Assembly (NCBI GenBank): GCA_050298595.1
Contig: JBNKUM010000075.1
Location: forward strand, 1-64,000
DNA: 64,000 bases
From: Gammaproteobacteria bacterium
GTDB taxonomy: Bacteria > Pseudomonadota > Gammaproteobacteria > GCA-001735895
Reading direction: 5' to 3'
The notes under the pieces: generated by a model
What the model saw: the letters and a program-made list of their open reading frames with translations, nothing else
Databases searched by the model: none
Told to the model about the DNA's origin: nothing
In this document: positions 29,162-38,465 of the stretch, piece after piece
Position numbering within the stretch: position 1 is the first letter of the stretch
How the letters are laid out: every line of letters begins with the position of its first letter
Translations under genes and position numbers: made by a program

Positions 29162-30172
29162 ATGAAGAGTAAGTTGGAATATATCTGGCTCGATGGCTAT
29201 AAGCCAACCCAGAGCCTGCGTAGTAAAACTATGGTCCGTAATGACTTCAGCGGTAAGCTTGAAGACTGCCCAATGTGGGTTTTCGATGGTAGCTCAACTG
29301 AGCAGGCTGAAGGTAATGCTTCTGATTGTTTGTTGAAGCCAGTTATGGTTATTCCTGATCCAGGCCGTAAAAACTCTTACCTTGTTATGACCGAAGTGCT
29401 GAATGCCGATGGTACTCCCCATGTATCTAATGGTCGTGCAACTATCGAAGATGACGATGAAGATTTCTGGTTTGGTTTTGAGCAGGAATACTTCCTGTGG
29501 GATCCTACTACTAATCTGCCTCCTGGTTTCCCTGCCGGTGGTTACCCTCCTCCACAGGGGCCTTACTACTGCTCAGTTGGCGCGCGTAACGCTTATTGCC
29601 GTGACCTGATCGAAGAGCATCTGGATATGTGTCTGGAAGCTGGACTGAATGTAGAAGGTATCAATGCTGAAGTTGCTGCAGGTCAATGGGAATTCCAGAT
29701 CTTTGCCAAGAGCGCGAAGCGTGCTGGTGATGAAATCTGGCTGGCGCGTTACCTGCTGGAGCGTACTGCTGAAAACTATGACCTGGCTGTTGACTGGCAT
29801 CCAAAGCCTCTGGGCGATACTGACTGGAATGGTTCTGGTATGCACGCAAACTTCTCTAACGGTCCTATGCGTGAATCAGGTGATGAAGCCATTTTCACCA
29901 GAATCTGTGATGAGTTCGGAAAGAATGTTGGTGCCTGTATCGCTGTTTACGGTGCACATAATGAGCAACGTCTGACTGGTAAGCATGAAACTCAGTCTAT
30001 TGATCAATTCAGCTATGGTGTATCTGACCGCGGTGCATCTATCCGTATTCCGGTTAGCACGGTAGAAGATGGCTGGAAAGGACGTCTGGAAGATCGCCGT
30101 CCAGCATCTAACGCTGATCCTTACAAGGTGGCATCTATCATTGTAAAGGTTACTAAGGAAGCTCTGGCTTAA
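29162..30172 (+). CDS. glnII: Glutamine synthetase type II
   Basis: 336 aa; LEYIWLDG, FDGSST.QA, GFEQEY, DWNGSGMH.NFS, RLTGKHET and EDRRPASNADPY motifs. Confidence 0.92.
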   Translation: MKSKLEYIWLDGYKPTQSLRSKTMVRNDFSGKLEDCPMWVFDGSSTEQAEGNASDCLLKPVMVIPDPGRKNSYLVMTEVLNADGTPHVSNGRATIEDDDEDFWFGFEQEYFLWDPTTNLPPGFPAGGYPPPQGPYYCSVGARNAYCRDLIEEHLDMCLEAGLNVEGINAEVAAGQWEFQIFAKSAKRAGDEIWLARYLLERTAENYDLAVDWHPKPLGDTDWNGSGMHANFSNGPMRESGDEAIFTRICDEFGKNVGACIAVYGAHNEQRLTGKHETQSIDQFSYGVSDRGASIRIPVSTVEDGWKGRLEDRRPASNADPYKVASIIVKVTKEALA

Positions 30173-30188
30173 TTAGTCTGGAAGTATC

Positions 30189-30224
30189 AAAAAAACCGGA
30201 GTAATGCTTTGCTCCGGTTTTTTT
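30189..30224. terminator. Bidirectional intrinsic terminator
   Basis: A-tract, ccggag...ctccgg stem and T-tract between convergent genes. Confidence 0.9.
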
Positions 30225-30250
30225 ATGCCCGCAGAAAGTTGAAAGCTGTT

Positions 30251-31228
30251 TTATCTGCGTCCAGGTATTAAATCGCTGGCCCAGTCTTCCTGCAGAATGC
30301 GGATGATTTGATCCATGTTTTCAGGTCGTTTCTCGGGGGCTTTTTCCAGGCACTGCAAACAAAGCGTTTCCAGCAGTTTGGGTACCGGGTATTTACTTAC
30401 GCTGGAAAGCTTTGGAGGTTGCTGGTTCTCAACCGCATCGAGGAGTTCATAGGTCTTGTCACTATCAAACGGCGTTTGTCCGGTGAGTAGTTCATATAAT
30501 ACTGAGCCTAAGCTATAGATGTCGGTACTAAAGCTAATATCCGGGTCGCGTCGGATCTGTTCTGGTGACATATAACAGATGGTCCCCTGTAATTGACCAT
30601 GGCCAGTCATAGACTTGTCAGAGTTGGTGATTCCCTTGCCGGGTTGCTGATCCTGTAAATCGACGCTGCTGCCATCCTTATTCCATACCTTGGCCAGCCC
30701 CCAGTCTAAAAGTAAAACCTCACCATAGGGCCCGACCAGTATATTTTCGGGTTTAATATCTCGGTGTGCGACCCCATGAGCATGTGCATAACCCAGAGCC
30801 TGGGCGATCTGTTCGATAACCTCTATCAGCTGGGTCAGGTCGTAGCGCTCACGATAATCCATGATTTCGCGCAAGGTATAACCGTGTACCAGCTTCATGG
30901 TGAAATAGTAATTACCTTTCCGGTCACGCCCAATCTCATAGGTGGGTACGGTATTAGGGTGCTGCAGCATGGCAGAAACACGTGCCTCGCGTAGCAGACG
31001 GCGCTGTTCGATAGGGTCGTCCACAAATTCCGAGCGCAGGGTTTTATAGGCAACCACGCGTGCCAGATGCAGATCCTTACAGGATTTGATCAGTGATTTC
31101 CCACCTTTTGCAATGTCACTCAAAAACAGATAGCGCGTGTTCGGGTTGAGGACCTCGGGCAGGGGGCGATCCGTTTCTTCGAGAAATACATCGCTGTATT
31201 CTTTGGGAGGCTGTTTAAACTTCAGCAT
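30251..31228 (-). CDS. Hanks-type Ser/Thr protein kinase (no TM segment evident)
   Basis: VAYK, HPN, HRDIKPEN, DWG, YMSPE and DIYSLG motifs. Confidence 0.95.
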   Translation of the reverse strand: MLKFKQPPKEYSDVFLEETDRPLPEVLNPNTRYLFLSDIAKGGKSLIKSCKDLHLARVVAYKTLRSEFVDDPIEQRRLLREARVSAMLQHPNTVPTYEIGRDRKGNYYFTMKLVHGYTLREIMDYRERYDLTQLIEVIEQIAQALGYAHAHGVAHRDIKPENILVGPYGEVLLLDWGLAKVWNKDGSSVDLQDQQPGKGITNSDKSMTGHGQLQGTICYMSPEQIRRDPDISFSTDIYSLGSVLYELLTGQTPFDSDKTYELLDAVENQQPPKLSSVSKYPVPKLLETLCLQCLEKAPEKRPENMDQIIRILQEDWASDLIPGRR

Positions 31229-31408
31229 GAGTTAGCTATTAGTTAGTTGTGTGTCATTGAGTTTAGCATTACTGTTTCATAGTACGAGCTTTTTTGCTTC
31301 GATTGAGCATTAGCAAGGGGGTGGATATTATAGGGACAGAGTCATTGATCAGTGAAAAGTGATATGCTAGCCTTTTACTTTTCTCATCAATAAAAGTATT
31401 CAAAAACA

Positions 31409-32131
31409 ATGCCCGGACTTCCTCGTTTTGTCATTCCTGGTCAACCCCAGCATATTATCCAGCGTGGAAATAACTGACAGGAGATATTTCGAGAAGAGGG
31501 TGATTACCTGTTCTATCTGGAAAAGCTTACAGATGCAGCTAACAAGCACCAGTGTAAAATTCATGCCTATGTATTGATGGGCAATCATGTGCATTTACTT
31601 GTTACACCGCATAGAGAAAATGGTATTGGTAAAATCATGCAAATGCTGGGACGCTATTATGTCCAGTACTTTAATTATAGCTATCAACGAAATGGAACCC
31701 TGTGGGAAGGACGCTACAAAGCAACGCTGATTGATAGTAAGGAATACCTGCTAACCTGCATGCGCTATATAGAACTCAATCCGGTTAGAGCGCAAAACTG
31801 GGTAAATCATCTCTCGAAATACCCCTGGTCGAGTTATTCATTCAATGCATTGGGTATGGAGAATCAACTGATAACATCTCATCAGGAATACAAGCGTCCA
31901 GGACGAACTGATGCTGAGCGACAATCTGCTTATCGACAACTATTTCGATCAAGAATACCGGAGATGACACTGGCAGAAATTCGCGAAGCGACTAATAAAG
32001 CCTGGGTAATAGGAAGTGATAAATTCAAATCGAGAATAGCGCGTAAAATAGATAGGCCTGTACAATCAAGAGGGCATGGAGGGGATAGGAAGTCAAAGGC
32101 TGATAAGAAAGGGTCGAAAGCGAAAGTTTAA
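31409..32131 (+). pseudogene. REP-associated tyrosine (Y1/HUH) transposase with premature stop
   Basis: MPGLPR..HIIQRGNN*Q..AYVLMGNHVHLL..LWEGRY..YIELNPVRA..WSSY; in-frame TGA at 31475-31477 where Arg is expected. Confidence 0.88.
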
Positions 32132-32249
32132 TAGCTTAAGTCTCACCCCTTGATTTTGTGAGAAAAACAAAAATCACAGTATTCATTTTTCGTGCGCTGA
32201 TAATTTATGGATGAATTATTCAGGGCTTTCTTAAAAAAAATTAAAGTGA

Positions 32250-33731
32250 TTAAGAGATTGCACTTATAGAGTGAAAACAAACTTTATTTCTACCAGACTC
32301 TTTAGCTTCATACAGTGCTTCATCAGCTCTTTTTATACAGTCTTTTACCTCATCGCTATCTGCACTTATTGACACTCCAAAACTAGCGGTTTTTTGTCCA
32401 ACATCAGAAAATGGATATTTTTCAATTTTTCTTCTTATTGATTCAGCAAGTTTCATTATCCCCACCTCATTGGCTTCGGGAATTATTATTAGAAACTCTT
32501 CTCCTCCCCATCGCCCAACTACATCAATAAATCTACAGCTATTTTGCAATAAATTCGCGAAATCACATAGAACGCTATCGCCTACTTGATGACCATAAGT
32601 ATCATTAACCTGTTTGAAATAATCTATATCTATTAGAATTAAGCCCATTTCACGAGAATATCTTTTTCCTCTTTCTAATTCATAATTTAAAACATCTTCT
32701 AGTTTAGTACGATTATAAATTCCTGTTAGCTTATCGGTGATAGCGAGTTTTTCCATCTTTAAAGCAAGATTTTGGTTTTGTACAAATTTATATGCAGTAA
32801 ATAATATTAAAATAATAAATAAAATATTTGCGATTATGAAATAGGTCAGCTCTATCATCCATTTATCTATAGCTGTTGCTATAGGTAAGCCTACAACGAT
32901 AACAAAAGGGAGATTTTCAATTTTACGAAATGTCCATACTCGGTCAACACCATCTATAGGGGAAACTACACGGACAGACATCTCTGAGATATTTTCTGTG
33001 TTTGTAAAGTTCTCTAAAATCTTATTATCTAACTTTTTCCCTATGGACTTTTTAATAAAAGGTACACGGGCTAAAAGCATTCTATTAAGATCAAAGATAC
33101 TAATAGCAATATCTTTGTTTGCATCATTGCTAACAAGCTTGTCTAACCAGTGTTGAAAAAAATATAAATCTAAGCCTATTAGACCAAACCCAGCCATAGT
33201 ATTGTTATTTTGCATAACTGGATATGTTACTGTCACATTCATTTGTTTTGTTGAAGAGACAGACATATTGCTTGTCTTTAATTTTTCATAAGGTTGCTTA
33301 AAAGCTTCCCCACAATATGGATAATTTTTTAGATTTTTTCCAAGATTAACACCTATTGAGGTATGGGTGATGACACAGTTTTTATCAAATAAGCCAAGGA
33401 ATAGTATCTTATCACTTAATTTTGAGAGGTCTTTTACTAATGCTGTTTTACTATCATGTACCTTTTGATTAGTTATAGGATATACCAACTCATGAGGTTT
33501 TGTATTTGAAGTAAGCTGTTGCAGTATCAGTTTTGGTATTTTAAATGATTCCAAGATCCATTGAGAGACAAGATAACTGTTTGTTTTAGTTTCGTTGGTT
33601 ACTTTCTCGAAGGTATTGTCGTATGATGTTTTTAATACATAAATACTAATTAAGTTAATTATAATTATTAGTGTAAACGTCAAAACCAATATTTGAGCTT
33701 TTGATAAATTAGGTTTATCGCTCACAAACAA
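32250..33731 (-). CDS. Membrane sensor (Cache-like) diguanylate cyclase
   Basis: Two TM segments; DKLTG, DIDYFK.VND.YGH and GRWGGEEF motifs; markedly AT-rich. Confidence 0.92.
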   Translation of the reverse strand: MFVSDKPNLSKAQILVLTFTLIIIINLISIYVLKTSYDNTFEKVTNETKTNSYLVSQWILESFKIPKLILQQLTSNTKPHELVYPITNQKVHDSKTALVKDLSKLSDKILFLGLFDKNCVITHTSIGVNLGKNLKNYPYCGEAFKQPYEKLKTSNMSVSSTKQMNVTVTYPVMQNNNTMAGFGLIGLDLYFFQHWLDKLVSNDANKDIAISIFDLNRMLLARVPFIKKSIGKKLDNKILENFTNTENISEMSVRVVSPIDGVDRVWTFRKIENLPFVIVVGLPIATAIDKWMIELTYFIIANILFIILILFTAYKFVQNQNLALKMEKLAITDKLTGIYNRTKLEDVLNYELERGKRYSREMGLILIDIDYFKQVNDTYGHQVGDSVLCDFANLLQNSCRFIDVVGRWGGEEFLIIIPEANEVGIMKLAESIRRKIEKYPFSDVGQKTASFGVSISADSDEVKDCIKRADEALYEAKESGRNKVCFHSISAIS

Positions 33732-33850
33732 CCTTTTGCAGAAAAAATATTAGAATTGTGTAGTTAAGAGTATAAGGAGAATAAATGCAACCCTCTTGGG
33801 TATCAAGGCAGGAAACTGGAGTCAGGATACGTCTGAAATAACCGGCTACC

Positions 33851-33934
33851 CGGGAGCATAGAAGACAGCCACCATCTGAATCACCAATGAAACGGGAGCA
33901 TAGAGGACAGCCACCATCTGAATCACCAATGAAA
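33851..33934 (+). repeat. 42-bp tandem duplication (2 copies, 1 mismatch)
   Basis: cgggagcatagaRgacagccaccatctgaatcaccaatgaaa at 33851-33892 and 33893-33934. Confidence 0.95.
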
Positions 33935-33962
33935 TGACAGCTTTCACTCAAAACCGGAAATT
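33933..33962. repeat. Degenerate 30-bp palindrome (same loose family as at 2.7-6.0 kb)
   Basis: aatgacagct-ttcactcaaa-accggaaatt. Confidence 0.4.
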
Positions 33963-34003
33963 TTAGAATACTGGAATTCAATGGAGCAGACTCGTTGATT
34001 GCT

Positions 34004-34183
34004 GCGCGTGAAAGATGCATATCCTTCACAGGATTTGATCAGCTATTTTCCAGCTTTCGCGATGTCATCGAGGCACATGTAGCGAGTATTAGTGCTAACA
34101 GGCCATGGGAGGTTGTTTAAACTTCAGCATGAGTCAGCTTTTAGTTAGTTGTGCCTGTTCTTGAGTTTAGTGTTACTGTTCAT
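34004..34183 (-). pseudogene. Decayed copy of the Ser/Thr kinase 5' end and its upstream region
   Basis: Reads MLKFKQPP, then NTRYMCLDDIAKAGK*LIKSC and KDMHLSR across frameshifts; homologous to about 31056-31280. Confidence 0.85.
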
Positions 34184-34326
34184 GTAAATGACCAGTTTTT
34201 GGAGGATTGCTGGTCCAGGTTTAATCAATGAGTTTGAGTTTATGTGGCTTAAAGTCTGTACAAACAAGTGACATTGCTTATAATCCTCGCCCCGGTATCA
34301 CTGTAGATACCGGATTATTTATTTAA

Positions 34327-34358
34327 TTGGGTTCCCTCGCCCCCATTAACAAAAAGGT
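34327..34358 (+). ncRNA. preQ1-I riboswitch
   Basis: ttgggttccctcgcccccattaacaaaaaggt: short stem, uuccc loop, A-tail overlapping the SD, 5 nt before the yhhQ ATG; resembles the enterobacterial yhhQ preQ1-I switch. Confidence 0.85.
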
Positions 34359-34363
34359 AAATC

Positions 34364-35035
34364 ATGAGTATTCAAATATCCGCGCAAACGCGCAAAGCTC
34401 TGACCTTTCTGGTCGCCTGTCATCTTTTGATCATTGCCGCTAGTAATTATCTGGTGCAATTGCCGTTTACCCTGTTGGGCTTTAATACGACCTGGGGCGC
34501 ATTTAGCTTCCCGTTTATTTTTCTAGCCACCGATTTGACGGTACGTATCTTTGGCGCGAATAATGCGCGACGTATTGTCCTGCGAGCAATGATTCCGGCT
34601 TTGTTGCTGTCCTATGTACTATCTGTATTGTTTTACGAAGGGGCTTTTCAAGGCTTTGCACAGCTGGCCGAGTTTAACCTGTTTGTGGCTCGTATAGCGC
34701 TGGCGAGTTTTCTGGCCTATGTGTTTGGACAGTTTCTTGATGTGCTGGTATTTAACCGTTTGCGCCGTAGTCGAAGCTGGTGGGTAGCACCTGCTACATC
34801 TACTGTGCTAGGCAGTGCGCTGGATACCCTGTTGTTTTTCAGTATTGCATTTTACCAGAGCCCTGATGTCTTCATGGCAGAGCACTGGGTGGAGATTGCG
34901 CTGGTTGATTTCTCTTTTAAGATGGTTGTCAGTCTATTGTTATTTCTGCCTGCCTATGGTGTGTTGTTGAGCTATCTGGCAGACAGGCTTACTGATCAGG
35001 CAGAGGCGGTTCAGCCATTGCGAGCAAGAGCTTAA
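34364..35035 (+). CDS. yhhQ: Queuosine precursor (preQ0/preQ1) transporter
   Basis: SNYLVQLPF, TWGAFSFPFIFLATDLTVRIFG, RIALAS and WWVAP motifs. Confidence 0.95.
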   Translation: MSIQISAQTRKALTFLVACHLLIIAASNYLVQLPFTLLGFNTTWGAFSFPFIFLATDLTVRIFGANNARRIVLRAMIPALLLSYVLSVLFYEGAFQGFAQLAEFNLFVARIALASFLAYVFGQFLDVLVFNRLRRSRSWWVAPATSTVLGSALDTLLFFSIAFYQSPDVFMAEHWVEIALVDFSFKMVVSLLLFLPAYGVLLSYLADRLTDQAEAVQPLRARA

Positions 35036-35114
35036 GCTGTGGTTAGCGATTTCATTTTAAGCGTGTATCAGGCTTAATAAGCACAATCTTCGTCAGTATT
35101 AAAAAGTAATCGCT

Positions 35115-35669
35115 ATGCATAAAATCTATATCACTGCTCAGGAGCTACTGGAAAGCTCCTTCAGGCTCGCACACACTATCTATGAAGATGATTTCCGTCC
35201 ACAGTTTATTGTCGGTATCTGGCGTGGTGGTTCTCCAATTGGTATCGCTGTGCAGGAGTACTTTGAGTATAAAGGGGTTCACACGGATCATATCTCTGTG
35301 CGCACCTCGTCTTACTATGGTATTAATAAGCAGTCTAAGGAGATACGCGTGCATGGCCTGCATTACCTGCTGGAAAATGCTAATTCCGAAGATAGCCTGT
35401 TGATTGTGGATGATGTGTTTGATTCCGGGCGTAGCGTGGATGCCTTGATTAAGCAGATTAAAAAGCAGTCGCGTCTAAATACTCCTTCCGATATCCGTGT
35501 TGCCTGTACCTGGTATAAGCCATCCAAACGCGCTGTGGATATCGAGCCAGATTATTATATCCATAGCAGTGACGAGTGGCTGGTATTTCCGCATGAGCTA
35601 TGCGGTCTGACGCGCGAGGAAGTGGCTGAGGGTAAGTCGGATTTAAAACAGATCATTGACCTGTTTTAA
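35115..35669 (+). CDS. Type I purine phosphoribosyltransferase-like protein
   Basis: GIWRGG; PRPP loop LLIVDDVFDSGRS; WLVFPHE. Confidence 0.88.
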   Translation: MHKIYITAQELLESSFRLAHTIYEDDFRPQFIVGIWRGGSPIGIAVQEYFEYKGVHTDHISVRTSSYYGINKQSKEIRVHGLHYLLENANSEDSLLIVDDVFDSGRSVDALIKQIKKQSRLNTPSDIRVACTWYKPSKRAVDIEPDYYIHSSDEWLVFPHELCGLTREEVAEGKSDLKQIIDLF

Positions 35670-35685
35670 ATCCGGGTTGTCAGGG

Positions 35686-37566
35686 CTATATTAAATCATC
35701 CAGATTGGGGATGTTGCTGTAGATGCGACGGATCTGCAGCTCTGAATCCAGCAAGGCGTCCGCACACTGTGGATCAAAGTGACTGCCTTTACCGGCACGC
35801 ACTTCCTTGAAAGCGGTATCCAGCTCGTAAGCGGGCTTGTATACACGTTCCGAAACCATAGTATCAAAGGCATCTGCCAGTGCGCAGATGCGACCTTCAA
35901 GTGGTATATCGTTACCAGCTAAACCTTGCGGATAGCCATATCCATTCCATTTTTCATGGTGGCTAAGGATGATACGCCTGGCCATAGCCAGCATTTCGGT
36001 TTCCGGATTTTTAAGAATATCGGCACCGATTTGAGGATGGGTTTTGATAATTTCCCATTCCTGAATATCCAGTTTTTCAGGTTTTAGCAGAATTTGGTCC
36101 GGAATACCCAGATTGCCAATATCATGCATGGGTGACGCATGCATGATGGTTTCACAAAACTGCTTATCCTTGCCCAGGGACAGGGCTATCAAGCCTGCCA
36201 GTTGTGACATATGGGTTAAATGATTGCCGGGGGTTGGGTTTTTATATTCGGCTGCCTGAGAAAGCCTGAAAATAGTCGCAAGGCTATTTCTCTGTAATGA
36301 TTTATTCAGGTCTTTATTTACTTTTTGCTGCTTGTTGAGCATATCCGTCATCGAAGAAAAAGCGTCTGCGCTTTGCTGTATCTCGGCATAACGTGTCTTA
36401 ATAGGCAGGTTATTCCAGTTTCCCTGCATGATAGCGTTCGATCGTTGCCCCAGCTTGGCAATCGGTTTGCTCATGCTGCGCGCAAGCGCTATACCCAGCA
36501 GGCTGGCGATAATTCCGATGATGAGGGCCAGGATGATATTGTTACGCTGATTTTGGTGGAACACACCCAGGTAATCGTCTTCAGGGACATAGATGCCGAA
36601 AATCCATGGCCATTGATGTTGTTGAAACGGGGTGAAAACAGCCTGGTAATTGGTATCGTCGTAGTTGAAACGCGTGATCTGCTTTTTATCCAGGTGATAG
36701 GTGTCAGCCAATGGTAGCTTTAATGAACGGAAGGCTGCGCGTGCAATAGGGTCATCTATTTCGGTGATGCGAGTAAAGGTCAGCTGATCAAAACTCCGCC
36801 GACTGATCTTTTCTGAATCTGGGTGAGCCAGTACCTGCCCCTGAGTATCGATAATAAATGCTGAGCCAGATTGACCTATCTTTAAGCCGGAAAGGAAGGA
36901 TGATATCTGGTTGATGGTGATATCAACACCAATAACCCCATCAATCGCTTTGTTACCCGATGAAACGTAAACAGGACTGGATATGGTGATGCCGGGTTGC
37001 TGAGAAGTATAAAAGATATAGGGCTCGGTCCAGACTAGCTGATTGAGCCTGGTGGCTTTGATATACCAGGGACGTACCCGTGGGTCATAGCTATCTCTAC
37101 TGTCCTGTTCTTGCAGCACAGATTTAAATTCATCATCACGCCAGTTGATATCCACTCTCCGTTGGCCATCCTCTATGGATATGATCTTGCTGCGATAGCT
37201 GGCTTGTGAATGAGATTGATCACGCATAACGTAAACAAATCCACCATCAGTAGATCCATAATATATGCCTGAAAACTGGGGATGTAGGTTCAACAGCTCA
37301 AAGAAATAGCGTTCCATCGATTGTATATTCAGCTTGCTGACTACATTGTTATTGGCCAGTTTTTGTGTCAGTTTGGCAGCCAGTTGAGCTGGTTCCAGAA
37401 AGCCTACTGATCGATCTATTGCTTCGTTGGAGATGGTCTCCATGACTTCATGTGCATGTCCAATCAAGACCTTTTCAGTTGATTGATAGGTGGAAAACAT
37501 AATGCTGGAAACAGTGATAAGCATCAGGCCAACAATGCTTAGAAACAGGGTTTTTTTTATGGACAT
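35686..37566 (-). CDS. Cache/HAMP sensor HD-GYP-domain protein
   Basis: TM, YDPRVRPWY Cache motif, TM, HAMP; MHDIG, HHEKWNGYGYP and HFDP motifs. Confidence 0.9.
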   Translation of the reverse strand: MSIKKTLFLSIVGLMLITVSSIMFSTYQSTEKVLIGHAHEVMETISNEAIDRSVGFLEPAQLAAKLTQKLANNNVVSKLNIQSMERYFFELLNLHPQFSGIYYGSTDGGFVYVMRDQSHSQASYRSKIISIEDGQRRVDINWRDDEFKSVLQEQDSRDSYDPRVRPWYIKATRLNQLVWTEPYIFYTSQQPGITISSPVYVSSGNKAIDGVIGVDITINQISSFLSGLKIGQSGSAFIIDTQGQVLAHPDSEKISRRSFDQLTFTRITEIDDPIARAAFRSLKLPLADTYHLDKKQITRFNYDDTNYQAVFTPFQQHQWPWIFGIYVPEDDYLGVFHQNQRNNIILALIIGIIASLLGIALARSMSKPIAKLGQRSNAIMQGNWNNLPIKTRYAEIQQSADAFSSMTDMLNKQQKVNKDLNKSLQRNSLATIFRLSQAAEYKNPTPGNHLTHMSQLAGLIALSLGKDKQFCETIMHASPMHDIGNLGIPDQILLKPEKLDIQEWEIIKTHPQIGADILKNPETEMLAMARRIILSHHEKWNGYGYPQGLAGNDIPLEGRICALADAFDTMVSERVYKPAYELDTAFKEVRAGKGSHFDPQCADALLDSELQIRRIYSNIPNLDDLI

Positions 37567-37725
37567 CGATGTCACTTATAATTTGAAATTGGGCAAAGGA
37601 TAGATCAAACCAGTGACTTTGTAACTAGTGATTGAAACAGCAGGTATTAATGATGTGGTTTAGGTGCTTGTAAGGGTATATCACTATATTCTAATTCTGG
37701 TTATAATCGCGCGCAGTTTTTATCT

Positions 37726-38304
37726 ATGAAAATCGGGAGAGTTAGGGTGACAGCAACGAAGAATAATGAGTTTTCAATTTCGTTGATATTGGTCGTAGCG
37801 CTATTACTGGCGGTCGGCCTGATATATCTATTTGTATTTGTAATGGCTGAAGATGGCTTTGGCAAGAATATGGAACGTGTTAATGCACAGGACGATGCAG
37901 GGATTGCTATGCGTCTGAAGCCGGTAGTGACGCTGGCCGATTTGCTGGGAGATACACCAAAAGCGGCGGATGAAAGTCAGCCTGTAGCAGCTAAGTCAGC
38001 AAAAGAGCTTTATGATGGTGCCTGCGTAGCCTGTCATAGTACAGGTGTCGCCGGTGCTCCAAAACTGGGAGATGCTGCAGCCTGGCAGCCTCGTTTTGAG
38101 GTGGGTGTGGAAGGATTGCTCAGCTCTGCGATTGCAGGTAAGGGGGCAATGCCACCAAATGGCGGTACTACTTATAGTCGGGATGAAATCCGCAGCGTGA
38201 TTGAATTTATGCTGTCCGAAGCAGGGTTACTGGAAGCTTCGGCAGCACAGTCTGGCGGTACGGCTCCAGCTGCTGCGACTGAACAAGTGCCAGAACAGCA
38301 ATAG
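37726..38304 (+). CDS. Cytochrome c5 family protein
   Basis: N-terminal TM, CVACH, GAPKLGD..AW and GAMPP motifs; start uncertain. Confidence 0.88.
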   Translation: MKIGRVRVTATKNNEFSISLILVVALLLAVGLIYLFVFVMAEDGFGKNMERVNAQDDAGIAMRLKPVVTLADLLGDTPKAADESQPVAAKSAKELYDGACVACHSTGVAGAPKLGDAAAWQPRFEVGVEGLLSSAIAGKGAMPPNGGTTYSRDEIRSVIEFMLSEAGLLEASAAQSGGTAPAAATEQVPEQQ

Positions 38305-38416
38305 GTACAGCAACCTGTAGCACCCAGTGCTACTCCAATCCTCGCTATTGGTGAGAAAGCCTATCGAGCAGACTATTTTGCAGATAGCGAGGTCGCTAAT
38401 TTTACATTTTTCATTC

Positions 38417-38455
38417 AAAGCCCCGCTGTATTACTGAGCTATGGCGGGGTTTTTT
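38417..38455. terminator. Intrinsic terminator
   Basis: aaagccccgc...gcggggtttttt between convergent genes. Confidence 0.8.
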
Positions 38456-38465
38456 ATGCCTGAGA

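Noticed and set aside
33715-34029. 104-aa ORF with repeated FIGDSDGGC
   Set aside because: Composite of the kinase relic and the 42-bp tandem duplication; two units without a spacer, so not CRISPR.
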